The notes beneath the pieces were generated by a model. It had not been told where the DNA came from and made no database searches. It saw nothing but the letters and a program-made list of their open reading frames with translations. Shown piece after piece: positions 9,075 through 19,742 of a DNA stretch of 64,000 nt (positions are counted from its first letter, which is position 1; every line of letters starts with the position of its first letter). The DNA is taken from the NCBI GenBank assembly GCA_965217775.1, contig CBDCJH010000002.1, forward strand, positions 4,480,001-4,544,000. Direction: 5' to 3'. Origin of the DNA: Acidobacteriota bacterium. Its GTDB lineage: Bacteria; Acidobacteriota; UBA6911; RPQK01; JAJDTT01. A program made the translations under genes and the position numbers.

Positions 9075-12000
9075 CTACCGCCTCATCTTTCGTCTCTCTT
9101 CTCCGGGGGGTCTCCAGCGACGGGTCGCCAACGGCTCGTAGATTTCATAACCCGGGCCATAGCCGGCGCTCTCCGTCCCGATCACGTACTGGTAATCCAG
9201 TATGAACCGCATGAGGTCGGCCATCTCCTGGGGGGTGACGTTCTCTTCCAGACCTTCGGGCATGAGTGACTTGCCCGTCGCCCGCATTTCCAGAATATCC
9301 TTGCGCAACACCGTGTTCTGAACGTCTTCGCCCTCCACCAGGGTGATGCTCTCCGAATTCTGGTCGGTGATGATGCCGGTGAATAGCCGCCGCTGCCGGT
9401 CGGTCACCACGTACTGGAGGTATTGGGGCTCCACGAACCGGTTCGGGTCCAGGATATTGGTGAGCAGAGGCTCCGGGTCCTGGTAGGAACCGGTGATCAG
9501 GTTGGGACCCACCAGGTGCTCCGTGGAGGAGAGGCGGTGGCACTTGCTGCACTCGCGGCGGTAAACCGCCTCGCCGTGAACCCGGTCCCCCTCGAGGGTC
9601 AGCGCGACCTGATAGTCGCCCAGGGCCTGCTGTCGAGTGCCGGGCGTCTGGGAGGCAAAGAGACCCTTGGCCTGATCCCGGATCGCCTCATCGTCATGGT
9701 TCATGAGGAGTTCGCGGCGGCTGGCGTTGAACTGGCTGGAGGCGACTCGTTCTTCCCGAATCGCCTGAAGCAGGGCACGGGTCCAGGGCCTCCGGGAGAG
9801 GAGGCTGGTCAGGACCCGGCTCCGAACGTCGGGTGTCAGAGCCGTCCACTCCTGCAGCAGAATGTCGGCGATCTCGGGAGCATCGTGACGCTCCAGGGCT
9901 TCGATCCCGGCGAGTTGCACGGCCTGGGTCTGGCTGGAGGCGACAAGTTTGGCGAGAGAGTCCCGCACCTGGGAGAAGCTGCCGTGGGCCAGGAGTCGAA
10001 TTGCCTCCAACCGGTCCTGCTCGGGGATCGATGCGTCTCCAGCCATTTCCGCAGCCCCGTTCATGAGCTCGCGGATCATCCGGGTTGCCGGGCGCGGAAG
10101 ACCTCGGAGCTGGGAGAGAGAGTGGTTGGAGATGGCCAGACCCTCCGCCAGGCCGGTGACCACGAGCCGTCGCATCCGCATGCGATCGGCCAGGGAAGCG
10201 TGCGTGGCCGCCGTACCGGCGAGCTGCCTGATCTCCGACGCGTGGTTCCGGGCGCCCACCGTCCGGGCCAGTGGTTCCAACCAGGCCCCGGCCTCCGCCT
10301 TGGCGGCAAAACCGTCCGACTCCAACAGCCGGACGAACAGGCGGTCGGCGATTTCGCTGCTGGAGCTCAAAACGGCGTTTCGAGTCCAGCGGTCGCCCGA
10401 GTCCCGCTCGGCGATCCGGAGCAGTCCGGAAAGGGGCCGGCGGTCCCGAACCTGGCCCAGTGCCAACGCGACCCGAAACCGCACCTTGGGGTTGTCGTCT
10501 TCGGCCAGCGCCAGCACCCTCCGAAACAGGGACCGGGAGCGGCCGAAACGGCGCTCGGACAGTTGCACGGCGTGAACCCGGACTCCCGGTGACGGGTCTT
10601 CCAGGGCCTGGACCAGATGGGCTTCCTTCAGGGCCCTGAGTCCGTTCAGGCTCCAGAGGGCGTGCATCCGGGCCAGCGGTTTCTCACTCTCCTTCAGGAG
10701 CTGAACGAGAGCGGGCACCGCGGACCGGTCCTGGCGTTCGAAGATGAGCCGGTGGGCCGTTTCCCGCCACCAGCCTCCCGGGTGCTCCAGGTAACTTGCC
10801 AGTTCCGCGGTCGAGGCCTCCCCCAGGCGCGGCCGCGGAGGGACCTTGAAGCCGACCGGTTCCAACCGGTAGATCCGGCCATGGTCCTGGCCCCTTGTGA
10901 AGTCGAGATGTTTGACGACACGGGCGGGGACGTGGGCCGCCTCGATCAACTCCCGGTACATGTCCAGGATGTAGAGCGTTCCGTCGGGCGCGTTGACCGA
11001 GTTCACCGGGCGAAACCAGTTGTCGGTGGAGCGCACCATTTCGACGTTCTCCGGCTCCCCCCGAACCGACCTGAAGCTCACGCCGTCTTCCTCCAGGACC
11101 CGCCGGTGCAGCAGGTTGGCGGTGTTGGCGCCGATGAAGAGGCTTCCCCGGTACTCCTCGGGGTAGGCGTGACCCCGGTAGATCTGCACGCCGGCGCCGG
11201 CGGTCTGGTAGTCGTGTCCCACGCCGGCGCTACGATTGCTCCGCCCCGCGAAGACGCGGCGGGCTTCCCGGATGGTCCGCCAGAGCTCGACGGGACTGAT
11301 CTTGTAGACCCGGGTCTGCCCCCGCACCAGGGGATTCACCTCCAGGGAGCCGTGTCCCTCCCAATGGAAGCCGTGCAGATCGAAGAACAGATAGGGGTTG
11401 CGCTGCAGATAGCCGCCGGGTATGACCACGTGCCGGCCCGACGACCCCGCGGTGCAGACGTAGCGGTTGTACCAGTCGTCGAAACTGTGGCCAAACTGGA
11501 AGGTCTGGGTGGTGAGCTCCAGCTCGCGGCTCACCGGATCGAACCGGAAGTCGCGATCGTAGACGGAGATGGGCTCGGCCTCCGGCTGGTCTCCCGGCCG
11601 GATGTAGCCGCCGTCGCCGCCCGTGGAAGCATAGATCTTGTGGTCCACCCCCCAGATCAGGTTGTTCACCATCTGTTGCTCGTTGGTGACTCCGAAACCG
11701 GTGAAGACGATTTCCTCGACGTCGGCCCTTCCGTCGCCGTCGGTGTCCTCCATGTAGTAGATGTGAGGGGGAGCGGAGACGTAGACCCCCTGCTTCCAGA
11801 CGGCGACCCCGGTGGGCCAGATCAGTCCCTCGGCAAAGACGTGGCTCAGGTCGAAGCGGCCGTCTCCGTCCTGGTCCTCCAACAGCCGGACCTGTCCCCG
11901 TGGCTTCTCGCCGTCACCCGCCTGGTAGGGATAGTGCCTCAACTCGGCCACGTACATGCGCCCGCTCTCGTCGAACGCTGCGGCCACCGGTTCGTTCACC

Positions 12001-12251
12001 ATGGGCTCGTGGGCCACCAGTTCCAACCGAAAACCGTCCGCCGTCTCGAACGTCTCGAGGGCTTCGGCCGGCGTCTTGGGCGGGACTTTCTTCAGATACT
12101 CTTTGAGGGCGGCTTCGTCCCGGGAGATGTCGACGATCCGCTTGAAACGTTCGTCGGGGGTCTCGGCCGGTTCGGGACCGCACGAAACCATCAGCGTCAG
12201 GCACAGGATGGTTGGGACCCGGCGAACGACGGATTCCTTCTCTCTCTTCAT
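9075..12251 (-). CDS. PVC-type heme-binding CxxCH membrane-bound dehydrogenase-like protein (propeller, HEAT repeats, cytochrome c)
   Basis: GFRLELVAHEPMV, DNWFRPVN, GRIYRL, HEAT repeats, CSKCH, KSLMPEGLE. Lipobox MVSC. Confidence 0.85.
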   Translation of the reverse strand: MKREKESVVRRVPTILCLTLMVSCGPEPAETPDERFKRIVDISRDEAALKEYLKKVPPKTPAEALETFETADGFRLELVAHEPMVNEPVAAAFDESGRMYVAELRHYPYQAGDGEKPRGQVRLLEDQDGDGRFDLSHVFAEGLIWPTGVAVWKQGVYVSAPPHIYYMEDTDGDGRADVEEIVFTGFGVTNEQQMVNNLIWGVDHKIYASTGGDGGYIRPGDQPEAEPISVYDRDFRFDPVSRELELTTQTFQFGHSFDDWYNRYVCTAGSSGRHVVIPGGYLQRNPYLFFDLHGFHWEGHGSLEVNPLVRGQTRVYKISPVELWRTIREARRVFAGRSNRSAGVGHDYQTAGAGVQIYRGHAYPEEYRGSLFIGANTANLLHRRVLEEDGVSFRSVRGEPENVEMVRSTDNWFRPVNSVNAPDGTLYILDMYRELIEAAHVPARVVKHLDFTRGQDHGRIYRLEPVGFKVPPRPRLGEASTAELASYLEHPGGWWRETAHRLIFERQDRSAVPALVQLLKESEKPLARMHALWSLNGLRALKEAHLVQALEDPSPGVRVHAVQLSERRFGRSRSLFRRVLALAEDDNPKVRFRVALALGQVRDRRPLSGLLRIAERDSGDRWTRNAVLSSSSEIADRLFVRLLESDGFAAKAEAGAWLEPLARTVGARNHASEIRQLAGTAATHASLADRMRMRRLVVTGLAEGLAISNHSLSQLRGLPRPATRMIRELMNGAAEMAGDASIPEQDRLEAIRLLAHGSFSQVRDSLAKLVASSQTQAVQLAGIEALERHDAPEIADILLQEWTALTPDVRSRVLTSLLSRRPWTRALLQAIREERVASSQFNASRRELLMNHDDEAIRDQAKGLFASQTPGTRQQALGDYQVALTLEGDRVHGEAVYRRECSKCHRLSSTEHLVGPNLITGSYQDPEPLLTNILDPNRFVEPQYLQYVVTDRQRRLFTGIITDQNSESITLVEGEDVQNTVLRKDILEMRATGKSLMPEGLEENVTPQEMADLMRFILDYQYVIGTESAGYGPGYEIYEPLATRRWRPPGEERRKMRR

Positions 12252-12328
12252 GCGCGCCATCATCCTTGAATGGGGTCTGAATTGAAACCCTCGAAGAATC
12301 CGCAGGGCCCCGTCCAACGGGACTCCCC

Positions 12329-13366
12329 TCAACCGGTCACCGCGCTGGCGACCCTCCAGACCCCGTTCCTGTCGCAGGCGGCGTAGTACATCCGGACACG
12401 GTTCCCATCGAGCCGGATCAGGGACATGTCCTCGGCATGGACCGCATCCAGTCCCGGACCACCATAGCCGGCCCCATCGACGATGCATGTCCGTCGCTCC
12501 CAGAGAAGGCCGTCCCCGGAGGTAGCGGTGTAGATCCGCGACCGGTAACCGGCCATGTCGGCAGCGATGGATGCAGCGGCGAAGTCCTGGCTCCGGCCGC
12601 TCGCCACGGCGTCCACGTCCTCGCTGGGATGCCGGGGCGCGACGGCCCCAGGCGGGAGATCCTGCCAGGCCGAGAAGAACATGACCCAATCCTCCCCGGC
12701 CCGCTCCGGCGGGATCACGTCAGCCGCCGTGATCCCACACTCGTCCGTCTCCCCCTGCAGGTCCCGCAGCCGAACGCCGGACTCCCACTCGAAGTCGAGA
12801 CCGTCGGAAGTCACGGCGCTCACCACGTTGTGAGCCAGCCGTTCGCTGCGGCCGGGTCCCTCGGGGCCGTACTCGGAGTCACAGCAGTAGAGGCGGGCAC
12901 CACCCTGGAGCAGAGGGACGTACCGGGGTGCGCCGAGGCCGCCCTCGGAACGGAGCCTGACCCCCTCGTACTCCCAATCGAGCTGATCTCGGGAGACGGA
13001 GCTGCAGATCACCGTCGGTTCGTGGGCGGGGCCCCTGGCTTCGAAGTACATCCGCCAGCGTCCATCGGCGACCCGGGTCACCGATGGGGCCAGGACGCGC
13101 AACGACATGTGCGAAATTCCAGGCCGAGGCGCCACTCGAATTCCCGGCTCGGGGCGGAATCGGAGGCCATCTTCGGAGACGGCGCTGAGGATGTATCCCT
13201 GACATTCCGGAAAGGGTTTCGCCGGTCCCACGGCCGTGTAGAAGAGGCGGAAGCCGCCGGAGGGAAGGGCCACGACACCGGGCGCCTGCACCTTGGACGC
13301 GTCCAGTCCACGGGACGGCTCAACGCGGGCCCCTGCTTCCCTGTGCCAACGATCCAGCATACGCAT
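12329..13366 (-). CDS. Hypothetical five-bladed beta-propeller protein
   Basis: Repeated SxDGLxW/F motifs (SEDGLRF, TSDGLDF, SGDGLLW) and WRMYF/RMYY blade motifs. Confidence 0.65.
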   Translation of the reverse strand: MRMLDRWHREAGARVEPSRGLDASKVQAPGVVALPSGGFRLFYTAVGPAKPFPECQGYILSAVSEDGLRFRPEPGIRVAPRPGISHMSLRVLAPSVTRVADGRWRMYFEARGPAHEPTVICSSVSRDQLDWEYEGVRLRSEGGLGAPRYVPLLQGGARLYCCDSEYGPEGPGRSERLAHNVVSAVTSDGLDFEWESGVRLRDLQGETDECGITAADVIPPERAGEDWVMFFSAWQDLPPGAVAPRHPSEDVDAVASGRSQDFAAASIAADMAGYRSRIYTATSGDGLLWERRTCIVDGAGYGGPGLDAVHAEDMSLIRLDGNRVRMYYAACDRNGVWRVASAVTG

Positions 13367-13463
13367 GGGTAGACCCCTTTTATATCGTCATTTCTCGGAT
13401 GAGAAAACCCGGGCTGTCGCAGCACTTGTGATTTCCCGGACGTAGAGAAGGTAGAATCCGGCA

Positions 13464-15338
13464 ATGAACAGACGCGAGTTCGTGACCTCGGGCGTTGTAG
13501 CCGCGGGAGGATTGGCGACCTCGGCATCCTGCGGCGGAGAGGAGACAATGACGAGTCCACCCAAAGCCACGGAGATCATGGGGCCCGCACGCCGGAATTC
13601 GCCCCTGCACCTTGCCGATCTGAATCGCTGCCTTCCGGCATCGTCCCTGAGCCGGGAGGGCCGGCTCTTCGGCTGGCGCATGATCGACTACGAGACGGAG
13701 AACTTCAAAGGGGTCATGCTCCGGGCCGGACCCGAGACGGCGGCGGCCGCGGTCGAATATCCCTTAGAGTTCCAGGGCTGGTACGACATCTACCTGGGAC
13801 TCTTCAACACCGCCTGGAGGCCGTATCCGGATCAGCGCCTCTGGGTGAAATTGACGGAAGACCCAGCCTTCAGCTGTCTCTTTCTCCAGGCCCCCAGCGT
13901 CGACAAGGGCCAGGTGATCCAAGACCTGTTCTGGAGGACGGCGGACCTGACGGGACAGCGTCTCAGCTTCAAGCAGGTCGCCACCGAGTTGATTCCCGCC
14001 GGGCATCCCTGCCGCAGCAACTGCGACACGGTCTGGGTCGCCTACATCAAATTGGTCCCCCTCGATCCCGACGAGGTCGAGGCACTCCAATCGGACCGGG
14101 TACAGACCGGCACCCGGCGGCTCTTCGCGACCCAGGACTGGGGTTCGGGTTTCGCTTGGGATGCCAGCGAGGGGGCTATCCGCGACATGTTGGAGGCCTA
14201 CCGGCACACGGATTTCAAACGGATCTACTGGGAGGGGGCCGCCGGTGACCTTTGCTCCTACTTCAGCCGGGTGGCCAGGACCTGGACTCCCGAGTACGCC
14301 CGAATGGAGGACTACCCGGTTCCCGCCTACCGACGGATCGTGGAGAACTTCACCGAGTACGAGCAGCGGGGGATCGATCCCTTCCGCGTCGCCATCGACT
14401 ACAGCCACGAACTGGGGCTCGAGTTCCACGCCAGCTACCGGTTCTGCGAGGGCATGGGACCGTTCCATTTTTCCCCGCCCTTCGACCAGATCAATCGGGG
14501 AGGGTTCTACGACCGGCATCCCGAGCTCAGGGCGGTGCGCCGGGATGGGAGCCGGGCGCCCAGGATCTCGTTGAGCTATCCGGAAACCCGGGAGTTTCTG
14601 ATCTCGCTCTTCCTGGAGATGGCCGAGTATCCCGTCGACGGGATCTCCATTCTCTACAACCGCCGGCCTCCCTTCGTCGAGTATGAGCCACCGCTGGTGG
14701 AGGGATTCCGGGAAGAGTTCGGGCAGGATCCCCGAGAGATCGACGAGAAAGATCCCCGTTGGCTCCGCTACCGGGCGAGTGTCCTCACCGAATTCATGCG
14801 GGAGCTCCGACAGAGACTGCACCGGCAGGCCCACCGCCAGGGACGCTCCCGGCCGGCCGCACTTTCGGCCTGGGTATTCGGCGGCGAAGAGGAAAACCTA
14901 TTCTACGCCATGGACGTCCCCGGTTGGATCCGGGAGGGCCTCATCGACGGCATCGTCCCCTACACCTCGGTCGAGGGGCTCTACAGTTGGGAGTTGGCCT
15001 GGGAAAGGGCCGAGGACATCGAGTACTGGCTGTCGCTGACCCGCGGGACGGAATGCGAGCTGGCCCTCAACGTCATGCCCAGGGCCTTGTCACCCGAGCA
15101 GTACCGGAGCAAATCCCACCAGTTGCTGAGGGCCGGCGTGCCCTATCTCGCCTTCTGGGACAGCTCCAAGACCTGGGCCGTCGACAAGATCGGCGAGGGT
15201 TCGTTCCAACACTTGCGCCGGCTCGGTCACACCGAGGAGCTGGCAGCCTGGATCCGCGCCGGCGAGCCGAGACTGGTCCACGCCTCGACGCCCCTGACCA
15301 AGGTGGGGGAGTGGGAGATGACGTTTATCGCCGAGTAG
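13464..15338 (+). CDS. Tat-exported GHL10/DUF187-like TIM-barrel hydrolase
   Basis: MNRREF twin-arginine signal, HELGLEFHASYR, YPVDGISILYNRRPP, LTEFMRELR. Confidence 0.65.
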   Translation: MNRREFVTSGVVAAGGLATSASCGGEETMTSPPKATEIMGPARRNSPLHLADLNRCLPASSLSREGRLFGWRMIDYETENFKGVMLRAGPETAAAAVEYPLEFQGWYDIYLGLFNTAWRPYPDQRLWVKLTEDPAFSCLFLQAPSVDKGQVIQDLFWRTADLTGQRLSFKQVATELIPAGHPCRSNCDTVWVAYIKLVPLDPDEVEALQSDRVQTGTRRLFATQDWGSGFAWDASEGAIRDMLEAYRHTDFKRIYWEGAAGDLCSYFSRVARTWTPEYARMEDYPVPAYRRIVENFTEYEQRGIDPFRVAIDYSHELGLEFHASYRFCEGMGPFHFSPPFDQINRGGFYDRHPELRAVRRDGSRAPRISLSYPETREFLISLFLEMAEYPVDGISILYNRRPPFVEYEPPLVEGFREEFGQDPREIDEKDPRWLRYRASVLTEFMRELRQRLHRQAHRQGRSRPAALSAWVFGGEEENLFYAMDVPGWIREGLIDGIVPYTSVEGLYSWELAWERAEDIEYWLSLTRGTECELALNVMPRALSPEQYRSKSHQLLRAGVPYLAFWDSSKTWAVDKIGEGSFQHLRRLGHTEELAAWIRAGEPRLVHASTPLTKVGEWEMTFIAE

Positions 15339-15463
15339 GAGGGGCGATTTCCAGTCGCCCACTCCTCGATGTCTCAATGGAAGTCCGGCGGCTGGAAAGC
15401 TGAAGAGGGGGACTTCCAGTCCCCCTTGACTCCCCGGAGCGGCGGTTGGAAACCGACGCTCCT
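15339..15463. repeat. REP-like palindrome cluster (GGAG-type)
   Basis: GAGGGGCGATTTCCAGTCGCCC, AGGGGGACTTCCAGTCCCCCT and GGAGCGGCGGTTGGAAACCGACGCTCC between convergent genes. Confidence 0.7.
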
Positions 15464-15464
15464 T

Positions 15465-16655
15465 TCACTGCGGCCGGATCAGGCCTTGTTTTTCCCAGGC
15501 AGCCAGCCGCTGTTGAAGTTCCTGGGACGATTTATCGCCTGATTTGAGGGCGATGAAGCTCCGGAACTCCCGGGCGGCGCCGGCGAAGTCCTTTTTCTGA
15601 GCCAGGATGGCTCCGTGGACGTAGTGGCTTCCGGCGAGGTATCTCTTGGAACTGCTCTCCCGGACCGCCGTGATCGACTTCAGGGCTTGGTCCAGCCGGC
15701 CCAGTTGCAGGTTGGCGACGGCGCTGAAGTACTGGGCCCGCGTGATGTGCGGATTCAGGCCGATGACGTGCTCGCAATTGCGGGCCACTTCTTCCCAGGA
15801 CTCGTCCCGCACCGCCATCATGGCCAGAAACATGTAGGGACGCAGATACTTGGGATCGGCGTCGGCCGCCTTTTGGAAATGTGTCCGGGCCGTCTGCCGG
15901 TCCCGGAGAGCATGGTGACATCGACCCAGGAGATACCAGGCAGCGGCGAACTTGGGGTAGAGCTCGATGGCCTTTTCCAGGTTCCGGATGGCCTTCTGCA
16001 CGTCCCCCTGCTGCTGCTTCAGCTCCAGGTCGGCCTCCCGGTAATGCTGCTGCGCCTTCTTGGGGGCGGCCAGGGTGTTGAAGCTGATCGTCGATCCGCC
16101 AACGTGCTCCCGGCGCCTCAGTACGATCACTCCCACGTCCGAGCTGTCCATGTAGCCACGGATTCCCAGGGGAATGGAGTTGGACTGAAACCCGTCCAGC
16201 GCGGTCCGGATCACACAACCGCTGAGATCGTATCTCTGGGCTTCCTGGCGTTCCCCGGGAACGCGGGAAAAGGGATCGAAGGTGTCGGAGCCTCTTCCGG
16301 TGGGGTTCATGGCCTCTTCGCTGCCACCCAACTCGAAGCTGAAACGGCCTTCCTCTCCGTAGGTATGAGTCTCCCGCCGGACCGAGCCTCCGCAGGCCAA
16401 CTCGACGTTGAGGGACTCGGGGAGGGGATTTCCGTCCTCCAGGATCACCCGTCCCGCCAGCAGCAGCCGCTTCGGTACCTGGATGCGGTTATCGTCGAAG
16501 TTTCGACCGGTTAGTTCGGCGTCCTGCGGCCGGTCGTCGCTCCGGCCGAACAGAGGACCCGGCCGGACGTTCTGGGCCGGAGACACGGGTACCGGCAACA
16601 GGGACCCGACCAGCAACGCCGCCAACCAGATTCGGGTCAGCTCATTTCCAAACAT
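15465..16655 (-). CDS. Exported TPR-repeat protein with N-terminal beta-sandwich domain
   Basis: Signal peptide, AAPKKAQQHY, YPKFAAAWYLLG TPR motifs. Paralogue of the adjacent gene. Confidence 0.8.
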   Translation of the reverse strand: MFGNELTRIWLAALLVGSLLPVPVSPAQNVRPGPLFGRSDDRPQDAELTGRNFDDNRIQVPKRLLLAGRVILEDGNPLPESLNVELACGGSVRRETHTYGEEGRFSFELGGSEEAMNPTGRGSDTFDPFSRVPGERQEAQRYDLSGCVIRTALDGFQSNSIPLGIRGYMDSSDVGVIVLRRREHVGGSTISFNTLAAPKKAQQHYREADLELKQQQGDVQKAIRNLEKAIELYPKFAAAWYLLGRCHHALRDRQTARTHFQKAADADPKYLRPYMFLAMMAVRDESWEEVARNCEHVIGLNPHITRAQYFSAVANLQLGRLDQALKSITAVRESSSKRYLAGSHYVHGAILAQKKDFAGAAREFRSFIALKSGDKSSQELQQRLAAWEKQGLIRPQ

Positions 16656-16674
16656 GAAAGGGTCGCCTGCCTGT

Positions 16675-17928
16675 CTATTGGACCGTTCGTTCGGCCTGGG
16701 TTGGGGACGGGCTGTGGGCCTGGATCAGACCCTGTTGCTCCCAGGCCACCAGATTCTCCTTGATCTGGGCCGCACCCCGGCCTTCCGGAGCGATCTTCAG
16801 GAAGTGCCTGAACTGTTCCGCGGCCGACTCGAAGTCCCCCTTGCGGGCCAGGACGGCTCCCCGGATGTAGTGGCTTCCGGACAGGAACCTGGAATCCTGG
16901 GTCTCCTGCACCTTGATGGCCGACGCTTCCGCCGCCTCCATTCGACCCAGGTTCAGACTGGCCACCGCGTGGTAGTACTGGCAACGCACCATGAACGGGT
17001 TCAACTCCACCACCTTGCCGCACAACTCGGAGACTCTCGGCCACGCGCCGGCCCGGACTTCCATGTCAACCAGCGACAGATAGGGACGAATGTAGTTCTC
17101 ATCCGACTCTATGGAGGCTTCGAAGGCTTGCCGGGCACCCTCTTCTTCCTGGTCGGCCATCCGGATCATGCCCAAAAGGTGCCAAGCGGCGGCGTACTTG
17201 GGATAGACCTGGATCGCCTTCTCCAGCTCTTTCCGAACCTTCGCCATATTTTTCTTTTCTTTCCTCAACTCCTTTTCGGCCTTGGCGTACGCCTTCCTGG
17301 CCTTCTTGGGAGCAGCCAGGGCGGTGAAACTCACCGTGGATCCGACGACCCCCTCCCTGCGTTTAACGACGATGGTGCCGATGTCGGGACGGTCCAGAGC
17401 CCTTCGCAGTCCCAACAGGATCCGGTCCGAAACGAAGCCGGGCAGATTGGCCCTCACCTCGCACCCGTTCAGGTCCATCTGTTCTCCACCGGCCCTATAT
17501 TCGCCTTGCGGAACTCGCGCGAAGGGATTCACGTTGTTGGCGTCGTTGCTTCCGACGCTGGCATCCAGGAACGCGGCGCTCGGCCGCGGACTCAAGTCGA
17601 AGCTGAAATGCCCCCCCTTGAAGGAATGGACCTGCCGCCGCACCGACCCGTGACAGACCAGCTCCACGACTATGGTCTCGGGGAACGGGCTCCCGTCCTC
17701 GGTCACCACCTTGCCCGAGAGGTACATGGGCCTGGCCATCCTCCGGTCTCGCATCTCTCCGGCCCGCTGCCTCCAGACCTGCTCGGCCGGCCCGTCGGCA
17801 TTTCTTCCGCGGGGTTGCCGGCTTGGCCCTTCACGGTCCCCCCGGCCTACGGAATCCTGCTGTCCCGGAAGGATCGAAGTGGCCACGGCCAGCACAATGC
17901 AACTTGCAAGGAAAGCTCTTGGCCCCAT
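16675..17928 (-). CDS. Exported TPR-repeat protein (tandem paralogue)
   Basis: Shares VELxCxGSVRR, AAPKKA, YPKxAAAW and AWExQGLI with 15465..16655. Confidence 0.8.
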   Translation of the reverse strand: MGPRAFLASCIVLAVATSILPGQQDSVGRGDREGPSRQPRGRNADGPAEQVWRQRAGEMRDRRMARPMYLSGKVVTEDGSPFPETIVVELVCHGSVRRQVHSFKGGHFSFDLSPRPSAAFLDASVGSNDANNVNPFARVPQGEYRAGGEQMDLNGCEVRANLPGFVSDRILLGLRRALDRPDIGTIVVKRREGVVGSTVSFTALAAPKKARKAYAKAEKELRKEKKNMAKVRKELEKAIQVYPKYAAAWHLLGMIRMADQEEEGARQAFEASIESDENYIRPYLSLVDMEVRAGAWPRVSELCGKVVELNPFMVRCQYYHAVASLNLGRMEAAEASAIKVQETQDSRFLSGSHYIRGAVLARKGDFESAAEQFRHFLKIAPEGRGAAQIKENLVAWEQQGLIQAHSPSPTQAERTVQ

Positions 17929-18171
17929 GAGGCCTCCTGGCGTGGATGATTGCCTGATTTCGTCTTTGGGCTTTCAAAAGTTATATCACTTAGTCGAGAA
18001 CCGGTCCATGAAAGCCGGGAGGACAGAAGTTCGCCCACCGACAGCCGTATCCGGTCTTCTGTTTGGACTTTGGTGCCTGGAATTTGGAATTTCCTGGAAG
18101 GCGTGAGGGGACGCCGCAAATTTGCTAAGGTGGCGCCATTGGGAGATGTTTTATTCGGCGAGTTCGTTGAC

Positions 18172-18738
18172 ATGACAAGGCTGGAGTTGGAGAGCGGCGA
18201 AATCCAATCGGCGGCGGGTATCGGACGGGCGGTGGACTCGATTCTGGAGGGGAGAGGGACCACTCCCGTGGTCTTCGTCTCGGCCATGGGGATGACCCGG
18301 AAGCAGTTGCTCGAGGCCGGACGGAAATCTGCGGACCAGGATATGGTGGTGGCGACGACGCTGGCCGAAGGACTTCGGACCTACCACATTCAGGTCGCCC
18401 GTCAATTGACATCCGGGGAGAACTGGAGTGAGGCACGGCGGCGGTTGGGACTCATATTCCAGGACGTGACCGACCTGCTCAAGGGACTCCATCTGTTGGG
18501 GGAATTGAGCCCGCGGGCGGAACTCGTCGCCTCCTTCCATGGCCAGGCCCTGGCGGCGACGATTCTGGCCCAGAGCTTGAAGGAGCGGGACCAGGAGGCT
18601 CGGGCGCTGGTGGAGAGAAACCTGGCGATCGACCCGGACCAGTCGTCTCTGCTGGAAGAAGTCGGCCTCCTGGTGGCGGAAGGGACGGTTCCGGTACTGC
18701 CTCAGAGCTTGGCCGGAAGATTTTCCGGAAGTCCGTAG
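18172..18738 (+). CDS. Degenerate, truncated aspartokinase-like protein (N-terminal amino-acid-kinase fold only)
   Basis: VVFVSAMG and GLHLLGELSPR match aspartokinase segments, but KFGG is absent and the protein stops after VPVLP. Confidence 0.6.
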   Translation: MTRLELESGEIQSAAGIGRAVDSILEGRGTTPVVFVSAMGMTRKQLLEAGRKSADQDMVVATTLAEGLRTYHIQVARQLTSGENWSEARRRLGLIFQDVTDLLKGLHLLGELSPRAELVASFHGQALAATILAQSLKERDQEARALVERNLAIDPDQSSLLEEVGLLVAEGTVPVLPQSLAGRFSGSP

Positions 18739-18827
18739 TCTGAACTTGGCGTCGTCCCCACCAGACGCAATACGGACCAACAGGGCGGACTGCAGAGGGG
18801 ACGGGGGCGAAGGTAGAATAGGGGGAC

Positions 18828-19727
18828 ATGGGCCAGATCCATCCCCGTTGGAAAGAATACGCTGGGACGGCCGGGGCGGTGCTCCTCGGGGTGGTGTTCC
18901 TGATCGCCGCGTTCGCCAAGGCCTGGTATCCCGACGACTTTGGCGCCTTCATCGATCAGATCCGGCTAGAGCAACTGGATTTCCTGTTCACGGCCGTTCA
19001 GGTGGCGCTGATCGCGCTGGCCCTGGAGGCTGGGCTGGGGACGGCGCTGTTACTAGGTGTCCGGCACCTCGGCGTCCTGCTGCCCACAGTGGCCCTGGTG
19101 GTCTTCTTCATCTTCCTGAACGGACGCAACTACTGGCTCGTGTCCCAGGGACTGCGGGAACCCGGGAGTTGCGGTTGCTTCGGGTCCCTGATCGAGCGGA
19201 CTCCCGCGGAGGCGTTCTGGCAGGACCTTCTGCTGATGGTTCCCCTGACCCTCCTTTGTTTCTGGAGGAGGCGCAAATCGGAAGGTGTCCCGAGGAGGCG
19301 GCTCGCCGTGGCGCTGCTGGCGGCCCTGGGGGTCTCCCTCTGGGCCTCGCGGAGCCCCGATATCGATTACATCGAAGCCGCCCACCGGCTCGGTTCACTG
19401 GCCGAGACCTCCCGGTTCGTGCCCAGCGCGAGCTACTCCCTCACCATCGACGGCCGTCCCGATGAACGGGCCCGGATTTATGAATCGGAAGGGGCCAGCG
19501 CCTTTCTCATTCAGGTCCCCGGCCTGGACGGGCCGCTTCTGATGGACCTTCGCAGCAGCACCGTCCGTAGAATCGATCCGGATTCGGTCCGGACCGTCTC
19601 GGGAGACGCCTTGGAACTGATGGTTTCTCCGCGACGAGGCGAGGAGACACCGTTCACCCCCGGAGCCGGCGGTGTCCGCTTCGAGCTGGGGGGACAGAGA
19701 TTCACCCTGGGACCACCGGCCCGGTAG
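18828..19727 (+). CDS. MauE/DoxX-family membrane protein with C-terminal extension
   Basis: LGVVFLIAAFAK, LEAGLG, SCGCFG motif, several TM helices. Confidence 0.75.
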   Translation: MGQIHPRWKEYAGTAGAVLLGVVFLIAAFAKAWYPDDFGAFIDQIRLEQLDFLFTAVQVALIALALEAGLGTALLLGVRHLGVLLPTVALVVFFIFLNGRNYWLVSQGLREPGSCGCFGSLIERTPAEAFWQDLLLMVPLTLLCFWRRRKSEGVPRRRLAVALLAALGVSLWASRSPDIDYIEAAHRLGSLAETSRFVPSASYSLTIDGRPDERARIYESEGASAFLIQVPGLDGPLLMDLRSSTVRRIDPDSVRTVSGDALELMVSPRRGEETPFTPGAGGVRFELGGQRFTLGPPAR

Positions 19728-19742
19728 CCCCAACGCCGGGAT

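Noticed and set aside
12264-12689. N-terminal extension of the 1204-aa ORF
   Set aside because: It overlaps gene 12329..13366 in another frame, and the lipoprotein signal begins near 12251.
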